A stretch of DNA of 63,741 nt, the filler included, from Globobulimina sp. (taxonomy: Eukaryota): NCBI GenBank assembly GCA_003354225.1. It is 36 parts of 36 records of this genome, joined end to end, with 100 filler letters (N's around TTAATTAATTAA, not from the genome) between each part and the next. Parts side by side here need not be neighbours in the genome. Positions count along the whole stretch, not along the records: positions 49,662 to 51,334 come from PIVH01013306.1; positions 51,435 to 53,107 come from PIVH01013307.1; positions 53,208 to 54,880 come from PIVH01013308.1; positions 54,981 to 56,653 come from PIVH01013309.1; positions 56,754 to 58,425 come from PIVH01013310.1; positions 58,526 to 60,197 come from PIVH01013311.1; positions 60,298 to 61,969 come from PIVH01013312.1; 29 more parts are not named here. One strand, 5' to 3'. A model generated the notes under the pieces. It saw only the letters and a program-made list of their open reading frames with translations. It did not search any database and was not told the origin of the DNA. The position numbers and the translations under genes were made by a program. The number at the start of each line of letters is the position of its first letter. Positions within the stretch are counted from its first letter, which is position 1. Below are positions 49,662 to 61,666 of the stretch, one piece after another.

Positions 49662-51334
49662 ACGACGAATTTTTTGATGCCTGTGTGGTTATGGATCACT
49701 TTTATTTGTTTATTGGTGGCTTCTTGTAGGTTTATGTCGTTGCAATCTAAAACTTGCGCGAATATCTCCGTATATACTAAATAAAAAGTTTTCAGTATTC
49801 TTATTTTGTCACTTAGTGAAATAAAGCTGTGATTAAAATCAAGCTGTGTCAGCATTCTTGCTTTCTGATCTAACTTTTTTAGGAAGCTGCGATTGGTGTA
49901 GATGGTGGATACCAAATTATTATTATCATAAGAACAGAGATGAGCGCCAAGGTAACGTAGATGTGTTACATTTGTTAAGGGATTGTTGTTCATTTTACAT
50001 TGAAAATGCATCTTAGAAATGGCCCAGCTCGAATCATATATTATATTATCCCAAATTATGTGGAATGGTTTGTTGGAGATTTTATTATTGTAATATTGGC
50101 AGTGTTCTTTGTATAAATTCATGGTTCGTGGCGGGATGTCATTTTCGCCGTAACTTGTTATATAACCGTCAATATTGATGGCCATTACTCGTTTGTTTGC
50201 CAGAGATTGGATTATCATCATCGGGGCTTGTTTGTGGTTATTATGGCTGATTTTATTATGGTATTCGTGTGTGATTAGTTGCTTTTGTGTCGCACTGTGA
50301 TGGTGGATATTGTTGGTGAGCAATGTTGGGTCATTATAAATCATGGTTTTACATTTCGCAGCGTTAAATGTGTAGGCCCAGTCATTGCTGTGTGTTTCAC
50401 AAATTTTTAGGAGAGCTGCTAGTTTGTCAACAGTGTTGGCAGCGAGGATGACATCATCGGCATAGAAGATGCAGGCGATTAACATATGGAGTTCTGGTGA
50501 GAGTGCTCCTTTTTGTGAATCCTGCAGAGTATCAATCATATCATCAATGAATGCAGCAAAAAGCAGAGGGCTTAGGACTGATCCTTGGAGCACACCGTTG
50601 TGGAGTTGGAATAGATGCGTTATGAATGGTATGTCGCGGATGGCAGAATGCGAGTTATCGTATATTGCCTTTATTATTTTGCAGAGCTTTATGGGGATAT
50701 TGAAATTTTTATGCAGTTTAAACAATAGCCCCTTACGCCAGACTGTGTCAAAGGCTTTCCGTATGTCAAGGGACGCGCAGTAAAGGGGTATATTGTGTTT
50801 CTTTGCAGTTTCGGCAATAAGGTGCAGTGTACCAATCTGTTCCGGCACCCCTCGTTTCGCGCGATTGCCTCCTTGGAGTATGTGTAGGTTGCGTCTAAAG
50901 CCATGCTCTATATTCATGTTCCACAGAATGAGCCGTTCATAGGTTTTAAAGATAATTGGGAGGAGGGTGATGGGTCTATAATGATTGGGTGTGTTGCCAT
51001 CAGGCTTTTTTAGGATAGATATTATGGATCCTAACCTACAATAATATGGGATGATGTAGGTGGAATTCCATACATTAAACAATGTGCAAAGCAGCTGATT
51101 GATGACATCACTGTTTATGTGGAGGTGGGCAGATTTTACACCATCATAACCCGGAGCGGAGTTTCCATTGGCAAACTGTAATGCCATTTCAATGGATGCA
51201 AATTTGAGGGAAGGATCGATATCCTGGGTGTCAGGATTCTCACTGTCAGGAGGATCCAGCACGTTGTTATCATCATTATGTGTGTGGGTATCAGTACGTA
51301 GTGCCTCACCCGGGGTATCAGCCATCATTTCCAT
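49662..51334 (-). mobile_element. Non-LTR retrotransposon reverse transcriptase (open across the whole contig)
   Basis: APGYDG, YRPITLL, DIRKAFDTV, GVLQGSVLSPLLF, YADD, RYLG. Confidence 0.95.
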
Positions 51335-51434
51335 NNNNNNNNNNNNNNNNNNNNNNNNNNNNNNNNNNNNNNNNNNNNTTAATTAATTAANNNNNNNNNN
51401 NNNNNNNNNNNNNNNNNNNNNNNNNNNNNNNNNN

Positions 51435-51905
51435 CACTCCAACGGCTAATTGGTGCGTAATTTGAGCCGATTTTCTTTCGGAAAAATGTTTTTTTTCTGA
51501 TGATAGAATTTTCTCCAATAAATCTTGATTGTCACATAATTCTAAAACAATTGAAACTTTTTTACCATCATCAAATGCATCGATTAATTGAATTACATTT
51601 TTATGAGATATATTCTTTAAAATTTTAATCTCGTTTTGTAATGAAATTAATTCTCTGGCGGTTAAATAATTTTTGTTTATTGTTTTTACGGCAAATTCAC
51701 CACAAACAGATTTGTAAAAACATTTATGGACTGTTGCATATGTACCGGCACCAATTTTTTCTCCCAAATCAAATAATTCTTTGAATTTTCTATTAAAATA
51801 ATATCATATCACGTATCATAGGCATATACATAAGTGGATGAAGAACAAATTACAAAACCTGCGATCAGACGAATCCACTCCTTGTGAAGAAACAACAGAG
51901 CCCAT
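51435..51905 (-). CDS. CAMK-group Ser/Thr kinase, 3' partial; intron 51790-51858
   Basis: MGSVVS myristoylation-like start; IGAGTYATV, FAVKTI, EIKIL..HKNVI. Confidence 0.85.
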
Positions 51906-52147
51906 GTTCAGGATCTCAAAAGTTAAGTAAACACTGTGAGTTTTAACTAATATTATTGAATGTATCATGATTCAGTGCGAAATTTCACGGAAAGTATTTG
52001 GTCACGAAAAGTACTTTTCGTGAATATCCAAGTGCAGGAATTACAAAAACTGCGTATCACAGAAACGAATTACAAATTAGCAATTTAATTTAATATAAAA
52101 CAATTGATCAATTTAAATGAAAGAGACTGACAATGAAATGAATAGTG

Positions 52148-53107
52148 TTAATCCTGACAACAACACCAACAAAAACACCATGGAAATCCTTGATCCGTCA
52201 TTCTCCACCAACATATTCTAAGCGGTAAACAACACATTAAAGCACACGATCTCATGAGTATGCAACAGGCGCTACATTTGTTTGGTTTTTTTGATGCATT
52301 CTCGCCGCCGGGACATCCAAACAATATATTATTTGGATCATAATGCCCTTTTTTAAATTCCTTCCTGCAAAGCCAACAAAACTCGTATTTACAATACGAA
52401 CATTTCATATGGTTGCATCCACTCAGTTTTTCAATGCGGGCAAAACATTTCGGACAAAATTGTACGTCATAACATTTGGTTTTGGCCCAATTTACAAGTT
52501 TATCATCTAATTCTTTATTGCAATCATGTGCTTTTTTATTTTTTTTATTGTAATATAAACCCGCACAGTGATAACAAACAATGGTTTTACATTTTGTACA
52601 TTCTAATTTTATTTGTTTGCGCGATTTACGTTTAATTGGTGTATCACATCCAGCCTTGACACACCATCTTATTGTTGGATCTTTGGCCAATTTCACATTT
52701 CTTAAAAACTTATAATACTTGTTTTTGTACACTTGGTCGTGTATAAATAAAAATAATTCCTCTTCGTCAATATGTCTCTCACATTCTTGATCCATACAAA
52801 CAAATGACACGACACCATTTTCTATAGATGTTTGATAATGTTTTGTTAAGCATAGGGCACAATAATTATGGCCACAGGACGTATTGTATATTTAGGATGA
52901 TACTTTATCAGTTCTACAGATTGGACATTCGATCAATTGGATCGACTCTCGATTATTATCCTCGCGGACATGGACACCAACATTATCATCATTTGTTACA
53001 TTTAAATCAACAATTTCAAGCTCTTCCTCTTCTTCATTTATGTGTAAATCTTGAGATAACATGATTTCGAGCACGTGCTCTGTTGTAAAAGCACCATGAT
53101 CGCCGTT
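52148..53107 (-). CDS. RBR (RING1-IBR-RING2) E3 ubiquitin ligase with in-frame TAA at 52892-52894, 5' partial
   Basis: CPIC...*...CGHNYCALC, IRWC...C, CPKC..IEKLSGCNHMKC..C..EFCWLC. Confidence 0.85.
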
Positions 53108-53207
53108 NNNNNNNNNNNNNNNNNNNNNNNNNNNNNNNNNNNNNNNNNNNNTTAATTAATTAANNNNNNNNNNNNNNNNNNNNNNNNNNNNNNNNNNNNN
53201 NNNNNNN

Positions 53208-53733
53208 AGAAATGGCAAAAATAAGAAAACAAATGAATAAAAGATTAAAGATGCAAGGCGGTGATGTGGATGATAATGATGAAAAAAATGAGTTGTCTGA
53301 AGAAGAGAAAGTGAAGATTTGGTTGGAAGAAACGGTGAAATTGGGACAATATTTTGAGTTATTGGTGAATGATGGTTATGATGAGTTGGAGATGATTGCT
53401 GATGTCACATTGGATGATTTGCTAAAAATTGGTATTGAGAAAAGGGGACATTGTAAGAAAATAATTAAATATGCACAGAAATTAAAAAATTCAAATCAAT
53501 CATTGCCTCCACAACAACAACAAATTAATCCATATTACCAATCACAACAACAGAACATTGCACAACAAGCGTATGTTCCAAATGTGAATAATAATGCTGG
53601 ATTAACATGGATTTGTACAAATTGTAACACTTCAAATTCATCAGTAACACCGTTGTGTACTCTTTGTGGTGTTCATAGAAATGTAAGTAAATCGGAAGTG
53701 GAAGGACCAAATGTTATAGATACTGCGAGATAG
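53208..53733 (+). CDS. SAM domain plus RanBP2 zinc finger protein, C-terminal part
   Basis: VKIWLEETVKLGQYFELL...DLLKIGIEKRGH; WICTNCNTSN....CTLC. Confidence 0.8.
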
Positions 53734-53892
53734 TCTATGATCATTATGATAGTAATGATAAAAAACAGTTACAAATTTTTAATAATTATATTTTGTCGGT
53801 TTGAAACGTGTGCTTTTTTATTTTTCGTTCAAGCGTCTTTTTTATTTCGTTAAAGCGTCTGCTTTTCTATTTTTCAACAACAAACCTTAATA

Positions 53893-54760
53893 ATGATGTC
53901 AACTCTTTCGCTATATTTATTGAATATTGTTTGGATTGCTGTACATTGCAAGATACATTCATCTGTCTTCGGTAACGATAGTGGCTCATTCGGACAGTGG
54001 AATCAAAATAATCCCTATAATTTACCGTCATATATTTATACTGTAGATCAAGTCAATGATCCTATAGCAACAATATATAATTCCTCAGTTCAATATCAAT
54101 TTTGGGATAATCCATTACCATCTCGCAATAATATAACTGATCATAAATTTCAATTTGGAAATGATAGAATTACTGTTTTAGCCTCCAATTATGGATATAT
54201 TCAAATGCGTTCTGATGAATCCGGACCAAAACTATTAAATGATTTCAATCGTAAAAATAATGTGTATGGTTCGGGCATTGCCTATCTAGCTTACAACTGA
54301 TAACCAAATAAATCAATCATTATTAACATCTACATTTTATGCTGGAAATTGCAGTGATCATCGTGAATATAGCTTCTTTTATAGGAAATATATTACAAAC
54401 ACTTCGGTAGAAAATGCAGTTGTTATCAATCAAACATTAATAACACCATTTGGCGATGATCCAGTTATTATATCACAAGTAACATTACAATCTAACACAG
54501 ATTCAGATTCCAATTTGAATTATTATGAGGTTTATGGAGGCGCAATGTATCAATTATTAAATATAAACCCGTCTCAAATCCGCCAATATCAAATTAATAA
54601 TTATAACGTTTCATATTCACATCAAAGTATTGATGATAATAACGGTATCTTGGCGCAGTATCAATATACCGGACAAAAACAAAGCATCCCAAATGTTAAA
54701 AACGGTTGGTTTTGGGATGAAAATCCACCACAATTATTTGTGACTGCAGAACAAATATCT
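53893..54760 (+). pseudogene. Secreted protein resembling the N-terminus of bacterial GH94/GH36-type glycoside phosphorylase-like proteins; frameshift near 54290
   Basis: Signal peptide; SGSFGQW..LPSYIYT, QFGNDRITVLASNYGYIQMRSDE, TPFGDDPVIISQV; frame change with no obvious intron. Confidence 0.45.
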
Positions 54761-55081
54761 GTTCATTTTATGTGGATTTATTTTATGAATATTATATTAC
54801 CGAATTTTTGGATAATAAACAGTATCAATATTAAATATTTGGTTATTATTCTAATTGATACTTGTTTTTTTGTCATTTTGNNNNNNNNNNNNNNNNNNNN
54901 NNNNNNNNNNNNNNNNNNNNNNNNTTAATTAATTAANNNNNNNNNNNNNNNNNNNNNNNNNNNNNNNNNNNNNNNNNNNNTAGGATGTTGAGTTCGGACA
55001 TATTTCTGAAAAACACAAAAGCACCGAAATAAATTTGTCAAACTTTAATTTTACAATAAAACTGCTTTCAAAAAAACCGCA

Positions 55082-56272
55082 TCAATAAACTTTATTGTTC
55101 CAAATGTCTGAATTCGCTTTGTTTCCTTGATTATCACCATTCACATCCAATAGTTCCAATTCAGGGTCACCAACATCTTCCTCTTCATTATCTATTTTCA
55201 CCTCATTATCGCACCTATATTCATGTGGATAATCCGCATTCAATTTAATGTTTTTCCCGTTCTTCCCTCTCTTTCCATAGTTGCCATATTTTTTGCCATT
55301 CACACTCTCATAGTTATCATGTGCTATATTTTGGTGCATATCCGGTGGTTTATAGTTATTATTATCCAAATTCTCATCGACACAGTAATCATTCAACATT
55401 TGTACCAATGTCGCATAGTCTTTATTTGTTTTCAACATCCTCACATTGCCACACTCTTTAAACGTAGCTCCATTGTCATTTGAGCGCGTCGTGCTGCTCA
55501 ATATATCCTTCACACTCACTTTTTTCCCATAATACATCTCGTTGCAATAGCCGCGTGTCGTCATTAGCTCCCCGTCCAATGATATTCCAGCGAAAAGACC
55601 TTGCACAGTGACATAAAGTCATGCAAAATGCAAAAACATTCTTTCAAGTGACTCACTCAAACAAAATCAGCAAACATGTCACCTACCTTTGACACCAAAC
55701 GAGTAACTTACAATGGGTGCAACAGCGCCTTTACTCCCCACACCAATGCCGGCGTCTCCATTGCGCCCATATTTATACACATGCACATCGGCTGAGCCTT
55801 TTAACTGTAACTGTCCAATGCCCATAAATATATCAATGTGCTGTTGTGTCGGCAATACAATAATATGATCGATTTTGGTTAAGCCTGCTATAAATCCGGC
55901 AGACACGCCACCGAACCCAACAGCGCACGGCGGCGACCAGGCCCTGAATTTTGTTTGTTGCACAGTGATGGATGAGGATATATCGTCGGTGCGCGTTATA
56001 ATTATGCCCGAACCTCCTTTTGCACCAACTAAGAATCCGCCTTTTAACTCTGTTATGAAGGCAATACCCGATGCTTTGCGTAATATTCGCTTGGAAATAC
56101 GTTCTTCGATTTTAAGTATTTTTGAATCAGCAGTATTTGCAAAATATTGCGTCAAGGATTTACGTGCTTGCTTCAATAGGCCTTCCATGGTTAATCTGTC
56201 ATCGATGGATTTCTTAGTGTCCCATGTGTACTCTTTGGTTCTGTTCCACCAATCTGAGACAGAGAAAGCCAT
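55082..56272 (-). CDS. SYLF/Ysc84 domain protein (SH3YL1-like); intron 55600-55686
   Basis: KASGIAF..KGGFLVG..GSGIII, WSPP, SYS..KG|LFAGISLDG, N..YYG. Confidence 0.88.
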
Positions 56273-56753
56273 TTAATGCGTAGAAGCTCTTGTTAGTTTG
56301 GACGTGACGAACCCATTGTGATACGAGGAAACGTTGTTGAAAATTTAGTAAACGGTTTTGTCGCTGTTGAAATTAGTACAAAGGGATAGATAGAAACGTT
56401 CGTCAGGGTAATATTAAAGGGTACGTCATAAAAGTTGTGCATACAGAAACACTGAAACATGCATATGACAAAAAATGAGTTTATATTAATGAGAACATTT
56501 CAAAAATAAGCATCTACGAAATAAGAATGCATGTTAGTTGTCACAATATCATTAATCAAGCAGACACATTAAATTCTAAACGTTTATACATCTCTTGATA
56601 ATTAATATTATTTTGCTGGTTATCTTGATCTTGATTAGTCTCTGCTTTTTTATNNNNNNNNNNNNNNNNNNNNNNNNNNNNNNNNNNNNNNNNNNNNTTA
56701 ATTAATTAANNNNNNNNNNNNNNNNNNNNNNNNNNNNNNNNNNNNNNNNNNNN

Positions 56754-58425
56754 TTATGGAAAGCTTTGACTGTCTTAGCAGAGGAACTGCCGTCCAATAT
56801 GATCCTCAGTTTATTGGAGGAAGACCGCCATTTGCTGCGTCGCGGCAAACCACGCTATGTCAATGCGGTGTGCCAGGCTGTCATCAAAGGCTCCAATTAC
56901 CCCACGGCCACCGCTTTGCATTTGGCGCGATATATGGACGAGAACGCCGATGCGGATTTGGCCCGCACTGAGGTTTGGAGGGAGTTTTCTCGGCAATATG
57001 AGGAGATTGCCATTTATTTGGTGAATGAAGTGGAATCTGACCATTTGCTGGCACTGTTATTGGAGATTCCGACCGATATTCAGCAGAAAACCATCATTGA
57101 GATGGCGGTGCTGTACAAACGAGTGGCGTTCATAAACTCGGCCCGGGTGCAGGGGGTAATGACGCATATGTGGTCAGAGACGGAGTTTTTAAATCCAAAT
57201 AAAGCGGTGAGGACCACGTATTTGTCTGCGTACGGATTCTTCAAATTGCTGTGGAAGTCACCCGTACGTTTTTATTATTGCCCGTTGGGGTTATACGCAA
57301 CCACTGCATTGCTGTACATTGGTTATTTGCTGTTGGTGTCGTACGTGAGTTGGATTTGGGTGTACCCCTATACAAAGTACGAGTTTTGGTCGTTGGAAAC
57401 CTTAATGTGGATCAGCAACGGTGGCTATATCTTGTACGAGCTGCTCGAGTTTGAGAGTAAACGCGCGCAGTATTTTGCAATGGATTCGCTCGTCAACGTG
57501 TTTGACTCCTTGATCTCTGTCAATTGGATACTTTTATTCTTTCTGCGCTTAATGGCGCCGGTCGTGGCCGGTGGAGATTATATGGGAGAGCCTGGATTGG
57601 ATCCAAACATTGACAGAAGCAGTGACGATGCGCACGGCTCAGCGTTGGAAAGGACAGATCCATCGAAAAGAAATGATTCGTATACCATCGTTTATATGCT
57701 ATTCTGGGGCATTCAGGTCGTCATTTTATGGATTCGTATTGTTGGCTTGTTGCAGAGAACAGAGATCATGGGTCCTTTGCTACGAATGATGCTGTATATC
57801 GCGAAAGACATTGCTTCTTTTTTAATATTAGTGGTGGCCGTCACATTTGGATTCTTATTTGCCATCGTATGTTAATACAGCATTTCTATGTGTTTCTGTT
57901 ATAATTTATTGATATAATTAGCATTTTATTGTCGGTGGTGATATCGACAGGGATGTAACTTGCGGGATCTCCACCATATATATCGACCGCGACGATTGCG
58001 AGGAAGCATCGCAAGCAATAAATAGTATGCGAGGCATACTGTTATATTTAATTCAAACCTTGCTCGGCCAACAAGGTATACAATGATTATATATATTATA
58101 TGCCTGTACATACAGTATTTATTTGTATAACTATGTAAAGATTGGGACGTGTTGGATACAAATGAGTTGTATGGATTTTCGCGGGGCCGAGCACAATTAT
58201 TGACCATTGTGGTGTTATTGTACATATTGTTGGGCACCATCCTCTGTCTAAACATGTTAATTGCGATCATGACCACTTCCTTCGATCAGCTAAACGAAGA
58301 AGCAAAACAAATAGGCAGAAGCGGAACGAAAAAAGAAAAAACAAACCTGGAAAAAAACATGAATACAACAATGGAAGCAGTAGTCCAAGAACTACTAACA
58401 ATAGAAAATCAACAATATAATGAGA
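56754..58425 (+). CDS. TRP-like cation channel, partial; introns 57867-57921 and 58076-58140
   Basis: AFINSARVQGVMTHMW, six TM segments, GPLLRMM...KDI..F, pore QTLLGQQDW, LNMLIAIMTTSF. Confidence 0.82.
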
Positions 58426-58698
58426 NNNNNNNNNNNNNNNNNNNNNNNNNNNNNNNNNNNNNNNNNNNNTTAATTAATTAANNNNNNNNNNNNNNNNNNN
58501 NNNNNNNNNNNNNNNNNNNNNNNNNAAACTATTATTCGTTTAAAACTATTTACTTTTTGTATCGGGTTTTATTATCCAGTTATATCAATAATATGATTAA
58601 ATAATATCAGTGGTAAATAGTTGAAAGTTTTGAGGCATGATTGGGTTTTTAGGAATGTCCCCCCCTCCCCCTTTTAGGAAGTGCAGAAATCTACCCAT

Positions 58699-58746
58699 AT
58701 GCTACATTATGCTACATTATGCTACATTATGCTACATTATGCTACC
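58699..58746. repeat. 10-bp tandem repeat (GCTACATTAT) x4.5
   Basis: Read directly. Confidence 0.9.
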
Positions 58747-59328
58747 TTTGCTCTCAAATCATATCTCCCTCCTACATCATAACAATAGGATAGTATTATA
58801 TGGTGCTACCCTCTGCTACCCTCAAATAACTATTACAAAATAACTCTGATATCTATCATATAAATAGTTTTAATGTTTTTAATAAAATAGATTATTTTTT
58901 TATTATATATTCATTCGGGATATGAATGATCCATTCGTGAAAACACAACTCAACTATTTACCTTTGACCAAAAAAATGTTAGACTAATCATGATGAACGA
59001 AGGTGTACGTCTCGGCTTGAAGGCTGGTGTACGTATCGCTCCGCGAATGGCCGACTTTTTTATTTTGTGTTTCTCATCACTATTTTGGTTTATAGGAAAA
59101 ACAAAAAAGTTTATAGGAATTTTCTGACGATGTTTCTATAGGGAAAACAAAAAATTTATACGGAAAAACAAAAAAGTTTCCGTTTTTACAGTTTCCGTTT
59201 TTTTTTACGTTTACGTTTCAAAATTAAATTAAAAGTGATTGTGTATAATATAAATAACACAAATGGCTTCAATTACTATGATTAATGATTTTAAAAAAAC
59301 TGCCACATTAAACAGTAAAAAAAACAAA

Positions 59329-59982
59329 TTATTCTATTAAAGCTTCAAGCTGAGCTTTTAAATATTGAATCTCGCGTTCAAGCTGAGCGATCCTTGCTTG
59401 TGAACCACGGTAAGTTGTTACTAAACCACGGTGACTTGTTACTAAACTTTGACAGGCATCTCTCAAATCTTGAGAAAGTTCTTCAATGTCAATAATTTTA
59501 TATATTCTCCAATGTGGAGCACATAAATTATATTGATTTTTATATAATTTATGTGGTCTTGACCATTTATTTTCACCACAACACCTTATTGAATATTTAA
59601 TGTTCGGATTTCTTTCTGTTTTTGATAATTCTGCTTGACATCTATTTTTAAGGTCAGAAATACTTTTATTTTTTTTTTCATATTTTTTTTGATGTCTATG
59701 AGTTGGAACATTATTTTGTGGAAATAAAACTCCTTTACCACCACGAGTTACTCTGGCTGATCTCGGTCCAGTTTGTACAGTAGTATGAATACGATATATT
59801 TGTCTACTAAGTCCATACAATATTATTTCATCTAATAATAGTATTCTGTTTTGATCTATTGCTGGTTCTTGTTTTTGTTCTGGTTGTTGTTGTTTTTGTT
59901 CTGGTTGTTGTTGTTGTTTTTGTTCTGGTTGTTCTTCAATAATTTGAATAATTTCATCAATAATTTCAACAGCTCGTGACAT
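59329..59982 (-). CDS. Orphan protein with QPEQKQ repeats and C-terminal coiled coil
   Basis: Complete intronless 217-aa ORF. Confidence 0.55.
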   Translation of the reverse strand: MSRAVEIIDEIIQIIEEQPEQKQQQQPEQKQQQPEQKQEPAIDQNRILLLDEIILYGLSRQIYRIHTTVQTGPRSARVTRGGKGVLFPQNNVPTHRHQKKYEKKNKSISDLKNRCQAELSKTERNPNIKYSIRCCGENKWSRPHKLYKNQYNLCAPHWRIYKIIDIEELSQDLRDACQSLVTSHRGLVTTYRGSQARIAQLEREIQYLKAQLEALIE

Positions 59983-60087
59983 TTTTGTGTGCAGATAAAG
60001 AGAAAGGAGAAAGGTAAATTTATTTTATTTATTTTTGAGATATTCATAATAACTCAAAAATAACGTCATCAAAAAAATAATTACAAG

Positions 60088-60197
60088 ACAGCAACAAACA
60101 CAACCAAGACAGCAACAAACACAACAACCAACACAGCAACAAACACAACAACCAACACAGCAACAAACACAACAACCAACACAGCAACAAACACAAC
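60088..60197. repeat. About 24-bp tandem repeat (ACAGCAACAAACACAACAACCAAC) running to the contig end
   Basis: Read directly. Confidence 0.9.
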
Positions 60198-60910
60198 NNN
60201 NNNNNNNNNNNNNNNNNNNNNNNNNNNNNNNNNNNNNNNNNTTAATTAATTAANNNNNNNNNNNNNNNNNNNNNNNNNNNNNNNNNNNNNNNNNNNNCTG
60301 TCATAGCAAACATGCGAAAATGCGTAAGAGAAAAAGCAAAAAAAAAGGGAAGGAAATTTTAATATAAATAACCCATTGTTCCATCACAATATTTGTCACT
60401 TTAAAATGTAATCTCGAGGTCATAGGTAATCCGTAATGTTCTAAAATTTGCGAAACTTCGAATTTAGAGCCCTTTTGAACCGCAGATATGATTAAACGTG
60501 TTATCCTTCGCGACTGTTCAATGGCATCCAATATATCTTCTTCTGTCTCATATTCACCAAGGTTTACCTGTGCGTTTTATGTGTGATGTATGCATGCCCG
60601 GTAAGGTTTAGTTTAATTGCGATTTTGCGATTGATTTGATACACAAATTAACTCTCTTGGAAGGATGGCGATGATATTCTGTGGCCATTATTGTTGATTG
60701 TACGTAGTTATGTAGTTATATGTTGGTTGTGTCACAGCAGACACAAATTTGTTTGACAAGGATGGTCTGGTCTGGACACTTTACACTATCTATCTAAAGA
60801 TTTAGATTTTTTTTCTTTCGCTTTTCGAAAATTGTTTAAATCATAGCAACCCAAAGAAACGCCGCGAGCAGAATCGAAATACTTTCTCAAGCATAAAATA
60901 ACAAGTCGAG

Positions 60911-61666
60911 ATGTGTTGGAATTGGGAAGTATCGCTTAGATTTGCAATTGCACAATTTTTGATATTTTGTTATTTGGCGTATCGAAATCAATACTTTGAC
61001 CGTTATTGGTTATTAATGGTTTCTCCCATTGCATTGCAAGAATTTTGTCAATTTTTATTATGGAAATATGGCGTTAATGACAGTACAACAGTCGATTCGT
61101 GCAATGAGTTTAATTATATTTGTTCCAGAATTATTGCGATTTTTGTTATGTTGTTACCTGTTTTATGCGCTTATGTTTGTATGCAAACAATTGACAGCAA
61201 CGCACCAAAATGGATGAGAATATGTTGGAAGATATTATTTGTCTACGAATTGGTGTCATATTTAGTATTAGTAATTACTGAGATAACCGATGATAATTTC
61301 TGTATATTTGTGGGTGAACACGGCCATTTAGACTGGGTAGAAGCAATACGGTCATATTTACCAGAAATAATATCATATGGAGTATATATTGCATATGCTG
61401 TGTCATTTTATATGATCCCGATAGTTTGTGCCACAATGTTGTATCAGCCATTATGGCTACTTTTCCCTCCAATGTTTTATATATCGACGGTGTTTGCGGG
61501 TTTATATATTGGTTTAGGATCGGAATCGTTTTCTGTTTGGTGCTGGTCTGGCTCATTTATTTTAATTTGGGCAATATTTTATTGTAAAATTGCGCTTTTA
61601 TTATTGACTCGATTTACTGCGCATGATGTTGAGAAAGTAAAGTTCGTTTCAATGTCTGATTTTTGA
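60911..61666 (+). CDS. Multi-pass membrane protein, DUF5765-like
   Basis: MCWNWEVS, QEFCQFLLW, C...GEHGHLDW, SVWCW. Confidence 0.65.
   Translation: MCWNWEVSLRFAIAQFLIFCYLAYRNQYFDRYWLLMVSPIALQEFCQFLLWKYGVNDSTTVDSCNEFNYICSRIIAIFVMLLPVLCAYVCMQTIDSNAPKWMRICWKILFVYELVSYLVLVITEITDDNFCIFVGEHGHLDWVEAIRSYLPEIISYGVYIAYAVSFYMIPIVCATMLYQPLWLLFPPMFYISTVFAGLYIGLGSESFSVWCWSGSFILIWAIFYCKIALLLLTRFTAHDVEKVKFVSMSDF

Noticed and set aside
49662-51334. Group II intron, retron or DGR reverse transcriptase
   Set aside because: APG.DG, YRPI.LL, QGSVLSP.LF and YLG spacing are typical of non-LTR retrotransposons
23746-52894. Ciliate-type UAA/UAG=Gln genetic code
   Set aside because: Long Gln-containing ORFs lack internal stops, and TAA/TAG end conserved genes at expected positions (SNRNP27, Rab)
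60088-60197. Telomeric repeat
   Set aside because: About 24-bp A/C-rich unit with no short G-rich telomere-type motif on either strand
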